A stretch of DNA of 64,000 bases from positions 192,942 to 256,941 of the forward strand of contig JAQUQO010000001.1 of the NCBI GenBank assembly GCA_028716045.1, written 5' to 3'. This DNA is from Patescibacteria group bacterium (GTDB lineage Bacteria > Patescibacteriota > Patescibacteriia > JAQUQO01). Below, piece after piece: positions 47,799 through 55,981 of this stretch; the stretch's first letter is position 1; each line of letters opens with the position of its first letter. The notes below the pieces were generated by a model. That model did no database searches and was not told the DNA's origin. It saw only the letters and a list, made by a program, of their open reading frames with translations. A program made the translations under genes and the position numbers.

Positions 47799-47984
47799 GT
47801 GATTGTGTATGGTTCCGATAGCAACGGCAATCCGCTTGGCAGCGATGAAGCCAAAAAGATACAAGGAATTCTTAATATACCAGAGGTGGCAGCAAAGATA
47901 TTTGTTTCCGATGAAGAGTACGAAAAAGAGTTGGATAAAAAATTTCGTAGGAAATTTCTGCCAAAAAATAACCAAACGGAATAA
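47799..47984 (+). CDS. Possible small protein (GTG start, 61 aa)
   Basis: ORF only. Confidence 0.25.
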   Translation: MIVYGSDSNGNPLGSDEAKKIQGILNIPEVAAKIFVSDEEYEKELDKKFRRKFLPKNNQTE

Positions 47985-48147
47985 ATCCATTGCCCAAAAC
48001 GGGGAGCATAACATTGCTTTCCGTTTTTTATTTTCCAGAAGATATTTTAGATGGCGAGAAACACCCTTGACTTATTATCCTTTTGGAGCTATTGTTAGAT
48101 TATATGAAATCATTTTTAAGATTAAAAAAATTAATAACAATAATAAT

Positions 48148-48212
48148 CCCGCCGGCGGATGGTAGTTTTGATTTGTCTTTTACCACCCGCCATTAAACCG
48201 GCGGGTTTTTTG
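48148..48212 (+). terminator. Extended hairpin terminator (cccgccgg ... ccggcggg then TTTTTT)
   Basis: Read directly. Confidence 0.55.
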
Positions 48213-48219
48213 TTTATAT

Positions 48220-48294
48220 TCTGGGGTAGTTTAACGGTAAAACGCTGCACTGTTAATGCAGTTAGTGGAGGTTCGACTCCTCCCCCCAGAGCCA
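48220..48294 (+). tRNA. tRNA-Asn (anticodon GUU), 3' CCA encoded
   Basis: Acceptor tctgggg/ccccaga, anticodon loop ctGTTaa, T-loop ttcgact. Confidence 0.7.
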
Positions 48295-48325
48295 GTTTAT
48301 TTGGTGTTGTGGATAACTTTTTTTA

Positions 48326-48385
48326 TTGACATATTAGCTTGACAACTTTACAATTAAGTCATAAACTATGATTTAAAAATCATAG
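48326..48385 (+). promoter_or_regulatory. Promoter TTGACA-17-TACAAT followed by a 9-bp perfect inverted repeat (ctatgattt-aa-aaatcatag, 48366-48385) in the 5' UTR / operator position
   Basis: Read directly; RBS aggagggtg follows. Confidence 0.45.
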
Positions 48386-48423
48386 AGTTCTTTTTAACTT
48401 TCAACTTAGTAAAGGAGGGTGAA

Positions 48424-48831
48424 ATGGCAAAAGAACACCGCGTCAGCAGTGCCGTGCCGTCGTTTGTCTATCTTGCCACAGTTCAGGTTTGTGATGTTGG
48501 TCAAATCATAAACAAAGATAATTTGCGGAAGTTTGTCGATAAGCTTTGCGAAGCGATTGAGATGAGAAAGATGCGCCAGAATCCGATCGTGGACGAGCTT
48601 CCCTCGGAAATTTTCGGGGTGAAGTCATATTCGGTCAGCCAACCGCTTATGACATCAATTCTAAGCTTGGACACTTGGCCGGAGGAAGACAGTTTTGTTT
48701 TACTCATTCATTCCTGCAAAGAGTTTGACCCGCAAATTGTGGCGAATACAATCACCGAATTTTTCAAGGGCGCGAAGATTTTCAAAGAATCTTTCATTGA
48801 CCGCACCCTTAGAAAGAGCGGGTCGCAATGA
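48424..48831 (+). CDS. S-adenosylmethionine decarboxylase (SpeH/class 1b)-like protein
   Basis: TSILSLDTWPEEDSFVLLIHSCKEFDP aligns with the ESHISIHTWPE...VDVFTCGDHVDP core of SpeH. Confidence 0.45.
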   Translation: MAKEHRVSSAVPSFVYLATVQVCDVGQIINKDNLRKFVDKLCEAIEMRKMRQNPIVDELPSEIFGVKSYSVSQPLMTSILSLDTWPEEDSFVLLIHSCKEFDPQIVANTITEFFKGAKIFKESFIDRTLRKSGSQ

Positions 48832-48874
48832 GACGTAAATTTAAAAAAGACAATGAAGGTTATGGCACTCTTCC

Positions 48875-48925
48875 GACCCCTGCATAAAAGCTCAACGTAG
48901 CATAGCAGGGGTCTTTTATTTTTTT
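48875..48925 (+). terminator. Rho-independent terminator
   Basis: gacccctgc...gcaggggtc then a T-run. Confidence 0.65.
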
Positions 48926-48976
48926 AAAGAATATGGTAAAATAGGTTAATGAGTTCTTTAAACAAAAGGAGGTAAA

Positions 48977-49192
48977 ATGTTTACATTTTTAATCGTTGTT
49001 TATCTGACAATCGGTTTGGCTGTCGGGTGGGGCTGGTTCCGAAAAAATAAACAGGGATTTGAAAATAATCCCTTGGAAGCAAAAATTTTCATCCCGGTCC
49101 TCGTTGGTCTTATTTGGCCCTTGCCTATGGTAATATGGATTTTCGAATATGGTGATAATTTATTGGCAAAGAAGAATATAACCCCGCCGTAG
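48977..49192 (+). CDS. Small membrane protein (71 aa, 2 TM)
   Basis: Strong RBS aaaaggaggt; hydrophobic. Confidence 0.5.
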   Translation: MFTFLIVVYLTIGLAVGWGWFRKNKQGFENNPLEAKIFIPVLVGLIWPLPMVIWIFEYGDNLLAKKNITPP

Positions 49193-49209
49193 TGGGGTTA
49201 TTTTAAATT

Positions 49210-49584
49210 ATGGGAAATGAAACTAAAAAATTTAAAGATATTTTAGAAGAATATGGCTCTGCGGATTTTAGTCAAGAAAAGGAGTTGGGAGAACTGGAAT
49301 ATAGAAAGAATCCGCGTCATTCTTTACATCCACCAATCGGAGCGGAGCTTGACCTCCACGGCCAGCGCGTTCGCGACGCCATTTTGAATCTAAAAATTTT
49401 TATTAAAGATTGCCAAAAGAGGGGAGTATCCAGAGTTTTAATTATCACTGGCAGAGGCGAGGGTATATTGCGGGAGGTTGTCGGAGAAAATTTGGCGGGG
49501 TTAAAAGATGACGGAGAGATTAGGTTATATAAAGCAGTAGTGGATAAATCGGGGGAGGCGGGCCCTTTTGATGTTAAACTTTGA
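49210..49584 (+). CDS. Smr (MutS2 C-terminal-like) domain protein
   Basis: LDLHGQRVRDA...LIITGRGEG motif. Confidence 0.75.
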   Translation: MGNETKKFKDILEEYGSADFSQEKELGELEYRKNPRHSLHPPIGAELDLHGQRVRDAILNLKIFIKDCQKRGVSRVLIITGRGEGILREVVGENLAGLKDDGEIRLYKAVVDKSGEAGPFDVKL

Positions 49585-49624
49585 ATTTGCTATAATTAGT
49601 TAAAGTTTAAAAATAATTATTTAT

Positions 49625-50356
49625 ATGAGTAATACCTTGAAGCCGTCGAAAGATAAGCGAGAAATTCTTGAAGAAATAAAAAGATTTCAGGCGCCGATGG
49701 AGCCGTTCACCAGCCAGGCCAGCTGGAAGATTTTTAAAATTATGGCCGAGTTTATTGAGGGGTTTGAATTTTTATCAAAACTAAAAAAAGAGGTGACGTT
49801 CTTCGGTTCGGCCAGAGTGACGGAATTTGATGAGGATTACAAAGACGCCCGCCAGCTGGCCTATAAATTAGGCAAGGCGGGATTCGCGATAATTACTGGC
49901 GGCGGGCCGGGCGTGATGGAAGCGGCTAACAGAGGGGCTTCCGAAGCCGGCGCCAATTCCATAGGCCTGAATATCCAGTTGCCGACAGAGCAGAGAATTA
50001 ATAAATACGTGAAAAGAGGAACAGGTTTTTATTATTTTTTTACCCGCAAAGTAATGCTTTCAATGTCCGCTCGCGCTTACATCTATTTTCCTGGCGGTTT
50101 TGGCACTTTGGATGAATTTTTGGAAATCATCACTTTAATTCAAACAAGAAAAGCGCCGCCGTTGCCAGTGGTGCTGATGGGCAAAGAATATTGGGAACCG
50201 TTTACAAAATTTATTAATGATACGGTTTATAGAAAATTTGGCGCCATAGAGAAAGCGGATATGGACATTTTTTATCTGGCGAAAAATGTTGATGACGCCT
50301 ATCATTATATTTTGAAAAATTCCAAACCAAGAAAGTTTTTTACGACTAGAGATTAA
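49625..50356 (+). CDS. LOG-family (TIGR00730) phosphoribohydrolase/Rossmann-fold protein
   Basis: TGGGPGVMEAANRGA ... FPGGFGTLDEF motifs. Confidence 0.8.
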   Translation: MSNTLKPSKDKREILEEIKRFQAPMEPFTSQASWKIFKIMAEFIEGFEFLSKLKKEVTFFGSARVTEFDEDYKDARQLAYKLGKAGFAIITGGGPGVMEAANRGASEAGANSIGLNIQLPTEQRINKYVKRGTGFYYFFTRKVMLSMSARAYIYFPGGFGTLDEFLEIITLIQTRKAPPLPVVLMGKEYWEPFTKFINDTVYRKFGAIEKADMDIFYLAKNVDDAYHYILKNSKPRKFFTTRD

Positions 50357-50380
50357 TTTCTTAAAATCGTTTTGTAAAAA

Positions 50381-50415
50381 GTGGGCGAGAATCCGAATTC
50401 TCGCCCACGTGTTTT
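50381..50415 (+). terminator. Terminator hairpin gggcgagaat-ccga-attctcgccc then a T-run (family shared with 50995-51022)
   Basis: Read directly. Confidence 0.6.
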
Positions 50416-50662
50416 TAAAAAAGAAAGCGCCATTTATTGGCGCTATTTAGATACGTTTACTTGGTTTTATGTTTTTGATATTTTTTTATTTGTCATTCTG
50501 AGCGTAATCCCGATTATTCGGGATGAAGCGAAGAATCTATATGCTTATTTTTAGAGATCCTTCGTCGCTCCGCTCCTCAGGATGACAAAGTGGGTTTTTA
50601 AAAAAAGAAAGCGCCGTTTTACTGGCGCTTTTTAGATTGGGTTACTTGGCTTTATTTTTTTT
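50411..50662. repeat. Two ~65-bp direct repeats (50411-50477; 50592-50662, about 85% identical, each holding hairpin gaaagcgcc...ggcgct) flanking a ~115-bp inverted-repeat-bounded structured insert (TIR ttgtcatYctgag)
   Basis: Read directly. Confidence 0.6.
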
Positions 50663-50851
50663 GACTTTGGGCGGTAAAACTTTGGGGCAACCCATTTCTT
50701 CCTGGGTCCATAATTTGTCCCAGGTATTCATAATTGCGTCCCCGTCGGCTTGGTCGGCTTTCGCCATTTCTTCATAAAGCTCCTCGCCTTCTTTTTTGAG
50801 CTCTTTGAGCTCTTTAGAAGTAAACCTTTTCTTTTTTAATTTCTCTGTCAT
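50642..50851 (-). CDS. Hypothetical small Lys/Glu-rich protein (69 aa)
   Basis: Good RBS (aaaggagaat); promoter module F upstream. Confidence 0.45.
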   Translation of the reverse strand: MTEKLKKKRFTSKELKELKKEGEELYEEMAKADQADGDAIMNTWDKLWTQEEMGCPKVLPPKVKKNKAK

Positions 50852-50927
50852 GGTATTCTCCTTTGTTAAAAATCATCTTTTTAAACCATGGAGAGAAGTA
50901 TAAAACCGCAAAAACCAAGTATATTTC

Positions 50928-50988
50928 ACAATATCACAAACTTAGAAATTTGTCAAGGCCAGTCAGTCGCGACTAACGGGTCAAGCCC
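50928..50988 (-). promoter_or_regulatory. Hairpin-promoter module, copy F (minus strand; degenerate hairpin, TTGACA-17-TATTGT)
   Basis: Reverse complement reads cttgacccgttagtcgcgactgactggccttgacaa...; weaker -10. Confidence 0.4.
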
Positions 50989-50994
50989 TTGTAT

Positions 50995-51022
50995 GAAGGC
51001 GAGAATTCGAATTCTCGCCTTC
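50995..51022. repeat. Hairpin gaaggcgagaat-tcga-attctcgccttc (second member of the gcgagaat family, with compensatory flank changes)
   Basis: Read directly. Confidence 0.5.
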
Positions 51023-51078
51023 ATATTTTGGAACGTTTCCAACCCCAGCCCCTTGTCAGGGGGCCAAAAAGGTCTATC

Positions 51079-52032
51079 TTACCTTGTTTCTTTCAAAATT
51101 TTTTCCAGTTCTTTTAATGTGGATATTTTAACCAATTTTTCTCTTAATTTTTTTGCGCCCAGGACGCCTTTAAAATATTGTACCAAGTGCTTGCGGAAGG
51201 TGAGAATTTTGTCTTGGCCGTAAAATTTTAAGTGGAGTTTGGCGTGTTCTAAAACTATTTTTTTAATTTCTACAGCGGTTATTTTTTGGGGAACGATATT
51301 TTTATTCAGCAAATTTTTGGTTTGCCGGAAAATCCAAGGATTGCCAATGGCGCCGCGGGCAATCATAATGCCGTCACAGCGGGTTTGTTCAAGTGCCCGT
51401 TGGGCGTCTTCAGCGGAGAAGATGTCGCCGTTTAAAATCACGGGGATTGCCAATTGTTTTTTTACTTCACCGATTATTTGCCAATTGGCTTTTCCACTAT
51501 ACCCCTGTTTTTTTGTCCGGCCATGGATAGTAATTAAATCCCCGCCGGCTTTTTCAATTATTTTTGAAAATTCCAAAATTTCTTTTTCGTCGCTCCAGCC
51601 GGTTCTCGTCTTTACTGATACTGGAACACTCACCGTTTTTTTTACTTCCCGAATAATTTCAGCGGCCAGCTTTGGGTCGCGCATGAGCGAAGCGCCGTTA
51701 AAATCAGCAATGATTTTTTTAGCGGGACAGCCCATATTAATGTCAATGCCGTCCGGTCTAAATTTTTTTGCGATGATTTTAGCGGCTCGCGCCATCACTT
51801 GCGGGTCTTTGCCAAAAATTTGCTGGATAATCGGGCGTTCGGATTTTTTGAATTCGCACATTTTTAAAGTTTTTGCCGAGCCGCGGACAATTGCTTCGGC
51901 CGAAACCATTTCGCGAAAAATCACTTCCGCCCCCATTTTTTTACAAATCAAAGAGAATGGCTCGTCGGTAATGTCAGCCATGGGAGCCAGAGCGATAATT
52001 GGTTTTTTTATTTTTCGCCAATCTAAAATCAT
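51079..52032 (-). CDS. dus: tRNA-dihydrouridine synthase
   Basis: ALAPMADITDEPFSLICKKMGAEVIFREMVSAE...INMGCP motifs. Confidence 0.85.
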   Translation of the reverse strand: MILDWRKIKKPIIALAPMADITDEPFSLICKKMGAEVIFREMVSAEAIVRGSAKTLKMCEFKKSERPIIQQIFGKDPQVMARAAKIIAKKFRPDGIDINMGCPAKKIIADFNGASLMRDPKLAAEIIREVKKTVSVPVSVKTRTGWSDEKEILEFSKIIEKAGGDLITIHGRTKKQGYSGKANWQIIGEVKKQLAIPVILNGDIFSAEDAQRALEQTRCDGIMIARGAIGNPWIFRQTKNLLNKNIVPQKITAVEIKKIVLEHAKLHLKFYGQDKILTFRKHLVQYFKGVLGAKKLREKLVKISTLKELEKILKETR

Positions 52033-52160
52033 AGTTTTTATATTATAGTATATTTTTATGTTTATACACAGTTGAGTGCCTGCTAAAAAACTAAAAAAAT
52101 GGTATAATATAAGGGATTTTTAAGAGCGGGCGAATAGGGAAAATTGAGAAAAAACATTTT

Positions 52161-53108
52161 ATGTTTGATAATCTTGGAATTTTTGCTTTAATAGCCGTTT
52201 TATTTTATCTTTTGGGCCGGTCGGCTGATTTAGTCGTGATTAATTTAAGGCGCGTGGGAAAGGGATTAAACGTTTCTTTATTTTTTTTGGGAATTTTTCT
52301 CGGAGTATTTACTACCTTGCCGGAATTTGTTTTGGGTATCAACGCTTTGATAAGCGGGGTGGGGGAAATTTCTTTCGGCAACTTGGTGGGTGGGATTGTT
52401 GTTTTACTTGGTTTAATTTTAGGGGGTAGCGCGATTTTAAACAGGAAGATAGCCGCCAGCGGAGAGCTATCATCTTTTTTGTCAGCTTTAGCGATTCTTT
52501 TTATACCTCTGCTTTTGGGTCTAGATGGCAAAGTGGATTGGGCTGATGGTGTTTTTATGATATTGGCTTATTCCGCGGCAGTATTTTATTTATATTTGAG
52601 AAACAAAAAAAAGGAACCAACATTCCCGTCCGTTGAGATAACCAATACCCGAAAGATAATAAAAAATATTTTTGGCGTCATTATCGGAGTGGCTTTGGTA
52701 GCGATTATCGCCAATTTAATCATGAGATATACTTTTATTGTTTTGGAACGTTTGGATTTGCCGGCATTTTTTGTGGGCCTGTTGGTTTTTTCTTTGGGAA
52801 CAAATTTGCCGGAGATTATCGTTTCTTTAAGGGCTTGGCGGCGACACGTGGAGGAATTGTCGTTAAGTAATATTTTAGGTTCGGCAATCGCCAATGTTCT
52901 TATCATTGGAATTTTATCCGTATTTAAGAATATCGGGGTGTCAGTGAATAGCTCTTATTATTTATTGTTTATAATTTTTGGAGTGTTATTTCTTCTTTTG
53001 GCGATTTTTTACAGAACCGGACGGCAATTGACAAACAGAGAGGGCGCGGTGTTAGTTTTGATTTACGCGGTTTTCGTGATTGCCCAGTCATTTATCTTAG
53101 CAAGATAG
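52161..53108 (+). CDS. CaCA-family cation (Na+/Ca2+) antiporter
   Basis: Two alpha-repeats (GTNLPE..., TTLPEFVLG...), about 10 TM. Confidence 0.65.
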   Translation: MFDNLGIFALIAVLFYLLGRSADLVVINLRRVGKGLNVSLFFLGIFLGVFTTLPEFVLGINALISGVGEISFGNLVGGIVVLLGLILGGSAILNRKIAASGELSSFLSALAILFIPLLLGLDGKVDWADGVFMILAYSAAVFYLYLRNKKKEPTFPSVEITNTRKIIKNIFGVIIGVALVAIIANLIMRYTFIVLERLDLPAFFVGLLVFSLGTNLPEIIVSLRAWRRHVEELSLSNILGSAIANVLIIGILSVFKNIGVSVNSSYYLLFIIFGVLFLLLAIFYRTGRQLTNREGAVLVLIYAVFVIAQSFILAR

Positions 53109-53113
53109 AAAGT

Positions 53114-53578
53114 ATGTTTAGAGAGAAGTTTTACGTAATCGCCCACAACATCAGGAGTTTGTATAATGTCGGGACTATTTTTAGGACGGCTGATGCTCTC
53201 GGAATTTCTAAAATTTTTCTCACCGGCTATACCGGCCAGCCGCCGAGAAAAGAAATCAGCAAGGTGGCTTTGGGAGCGGAAAAAACGGTTGCTTGGGAGC
53301 AACAAAAGAGAGTTGGGGTGGTTATAAATAAATTAAAAAAGGAGGGGGTGAAGATAATCGCGCTGGAAACCGGAAGCAAGGCGACGGATTATAAAAAATT
53401 TAAGCCGAAATTTCCCCTAGCCCTTATTCTCGGTAATGAAGTGGCTGGCATTTCCGGTGGTCTTTTGCAAAAAACTGATAAAGTAATATCTTTGCCCATG
53501 GCCGGAGAGAAAGAATCATTAAATGTCGGAGTGGCCATGGGCGCCGCTGGCTATTATCTGAATAATTTTAGAAAATAA
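53114..53578 (+). CDS. SpoU/TrmH-family (SPOUT) RNA 2'-O-methyltransferase
   Basis: 154 aa; LILGNEVAGIS...NVGVAMG motifs. Confidence 0.75.
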   Translation: MFREKFYVIAHNIRSLYNVGTIFRTADALGISKIFLTGYTGQPPRKEISKVALGAEKTVAWEQQKRVGVVINKLKKEGVKIIALETGSKATDYKKFKPKFPLALILGNEVAGISGGLLQKTDKVISLPMAGEKESLNVGVAMGAAGYYLNNFRK

Positions 53579-53587
53579 TTTAAATAT

Positions 53588-54049
53588 ATGCCGGAAAAAA
53601 TTTTAACAAACATCAACTGGGGGCGTTGGCTGATTTCTTCCCTCGTTTTTGCCGTTTTGGCGCAGATTGTTCACACGGTTGGCGCTATGGTCAGTATGAA
53701 GTATTATTTAGACCCGCAGTACTTTGCGGTGTGGAGCAAATTGATGATGCCGGAAGCCGGTCCGCCGCCGACTTCTTTCATGTATTACTCTTTTATTTTT
53801 TCTTTTATCGGGGCGTTGATATTCACCGGGCTTTATATTTTTTTAAGAAATAAAATTTTCGGAGAAGTTTCCAAAACCAAGAGCGGATTATTTTATGGCG
53901 CAATGTATTTTTTGGCGGCAGTTATTCCTTATTCCCTGACAATGGTTCTTCTGATAAATCTGCCAGCGGGTTTACTTATTTGTTGGGCGGCGGAGTCCGT
54001 TATTGTTTATCTTTTAGGCGGGATGTTGGCGGCTGTTATTAATAAATAA
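53588..54049 (+). CDS. Hypothetical membrane protein (4 TM)
   Basis: Hydrophobic ORF. Confidence 0.5.
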   Translation: MPEKILTNINWGRWLISSLVFAVLAQIVHTVGAMVSMKYYLDPQYFAVWSKLMMPEAGPPPTSFMYYSFIFSFIGALIFTGLYIFLRNKIFGEVSKTKSGLFYGAMYFLAAVIPYSLTMVLLINLPAGLLICWAAESVIVYLLGGMLAAVINK

Positions 54050-54054
54050 TTCAT

Positions 54055-54951
54055 ATGCTTTGGCTGTGGACCTCTTTTGTCGGGTATTTTTTTAATGCCG
54101 TTTCGTCTGTTATAAATAAGATACTATTGGGCAGGTCAATGCCTAACCCCCGGATTTACGCTTTTCTAGTGGGCGTTTTAGGGCTCTCGGGGTTTATTTT
54201 AGCTCCCTGGGGTTGGTCTTTGATTTCTGGGTATTGGATGCTTATTTCTTTAGTCACTGGCGCTTGTTTTATAATTGCTTTGTTGCTTTTTTTCACGGCT
54301 TTAAGAAAAGACGAGGCCTCGCAAATGGTGACTTTGGTCGGGGCGACGCAGGCAATAATTATTTTTGTTCTGGCTTTTATCTTTTTAGGGGAGCGCCTTT
54401 CAGGATGGCAGATTGCCGCTTTTTTGTTATTAGTGCTCGGAGGAATTTTTATAAGCATTGACCCTACTGGTCGGGGGAAAAGCGGTCAAAGTGGCGGAGT
54501 TATTTTAGCTTTGTCCGCCGGCATATTTTTCGCCCTGTTTTATATTTTGACTAAATATATATTTAACAATTTGAGTTTTGTGGATGGGTTTATCTGGCCA
54601 CGCCTCGGCTCTTTTATCGCCGCTCTGTTTTTATTGTTTGACGTTGAAACGAGAAAGAATCTTTTTAGCGGCGGCCAGGAGATGACTGCCAAGGTTTATC
54701 TGATTTTTTTAGGCGGGCAAATTTTAGGCGCTTTAAGTTTTGTTTTTATAAATTACGCCATTTCTTTGGCCAGCGTCACTTTGGTTAATGCTTTGCAGGG
54801 GGCGCAATATGCCTTTGTCTTTATTTTGGCGTTGTTGCTGATGTCTCGCTTTACCAATCTTTTGAAAGAGCAAATGGCCCCCCGGGTTATCTTACAGAGA
54901 GTCATTGCCATTGTTATAATAGGCGTAGGAATTGCCATAATAAATTTTTAA
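54055..54951 (+). CDS. EamA/DMT-family transporter
   Basis: 10-TM duplicated-domain pattern. Confidence 0.65.
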   Translation: MLWLWTSFVGYFFNAVSSVINKILLGRSMPNPRIYAFLVGVLGLSGFILAPWGWSLISGYWMLISLVTGACFIIALLLFFTALRKDEASQMVTLVGATQAIIIFVLAFIFLGERLSGWQIAAFLLLVLGGIFISIDPTGRGKSGQSGGVILALSAGIFFALFYILTKYIFNNLSFVDGFIWPRLGSFIAALFLLFDVETRKNLFSGGQEMTAKVYLIFLGGQILGALSFVFINYAISLASVTLVNALQGAQYAFVFILALLLMSRFTNLLKEQMAPRVILQRVIAIVIIGVGIAIINF

Positions 54952-54954
54952 AAA

Positions 54955-55959
54955 ATGAACAGATTAAAAAATATAATTTTTGGCGTAATTTTCATAATTC
55001 TAGCGGGAGCGGTGGCGGTTTTAGTTTTTCTCTACGCCGTTAGTTTGCCGCTGGAAAAACAACCACTGGAATGGGGAGTTTCTTTTTCTTGGGACTATGC
55101 CAAGTATCTTGGGCTTAATTGGCAGGAGGCCTATTTAGCCGTTTTAGATGATTTAAAAGTAAAGTGGGTAAGGATACCGGTTTATTGGGACGATTTAGAA
55201 TTGAAAGAAGAGAATTTTAATTTTTCCAAGATTGATTGGCAGGTAAGCGAGGCCTCCAAACGGGGAGTGAATATCCAATTGGCTATAGGATTGCGTTTGC
55301 CGCGCTGGCCGGAATGCCGCGCGCCCGGCTGGTGGTGGGGGTTGGGAGAGAAAGAGAGGCAGGATAAAATACTTACAATGTTGAGAGAAATCGTAGAGAG
55401 ATATAAAAGGGAGCCGGCTTTAAAATATTGGCAAGTGGAGAACGAGCCATTTTTAGACGTTTTTGGCGAGTGTCCGCGGCTGGATAAAAAGTTTTTTGAA
55501 GAAGAAGTAAAGTTAGTTAAATCTTTGGATGGAACGAGACCGGTAGTGGTTACTGACAGCGGGGAGTTGTCCAGTTGGCGTAGAATTGCTAAAATATCCG
55601 ATATCTTGGGGGTGAGTATGTATCGGGTGGTTTGGAACAAGAGATTTGGTTATTTTGAGTGGTTTGTGCCCCCTTCTTTTTACCGTATTAAGGCCTATTT
55701 AGTGAGAAATCACGTGCAAAAGGTAATAAACACGGAGTTGCAGTTAGAACCTTGGTTACCTTCGGGTTCGGCGTTAAATACGCCCTTAAGCGAACAAAAA
55801 AAATCAATGAATCTTGAGCAAATGAGGAAGAATGTCCGCTTTGCCGAAGAGGTTGGTTTTTCCCCGACTTTTATTTGGGGGGCGGAATGGTGGTACTGGA
55901 TGAAAAATATAAAAGAAGATGCTTCTTTTTGGGAAGAAGGGCGCCGCCTTTGGCAATAA
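54955..55959 (+). CDS. Membrane-anchored clan GH-A (GH5-like) glycoside hydrolase
   Basis: WQVENEPF catalytic NEP motif; N-terminal TM. Confidence 0.5.
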   Translation: MNRLKNIIFGVIFIILAGAVAVLVFLYAVSLPLEKQPLEWGVSFSWDYAKYLGLNWQEAYLAVLDDLKVKWVRIPVYWDDLELKEENFNFSKIDWQVSEASKRGVNIQLAIGLRLPRWPECRAPGWWWGLGEKERQDKILTMLREIVERYKREPALKYWQVENEPFLDVFGECPRLDKKFFEEEVKLVKSLDGTRPVVVTDSGELSSWRRIAKISDILGVSMYRVVWNKRFGYFEWFVPPSFYRIKAYLVRNHVQKVINTELQLEPWLPSGSALNTPLSEQKKSMNLEQMRKNVRFAEEVGFSPTFIWGAEWWYWMKNIKEDASFWEEGRRLWQ

Positions 55960-55981
55960 TTTCAAATTAAATTATAAAAAT

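Noticed and set aside
51239-52048. 269-aa plus-strand ORF
   Set aside because: It is entirely antisense to the well-supported dihydrouridine synthase gene. Low-complexity translation.
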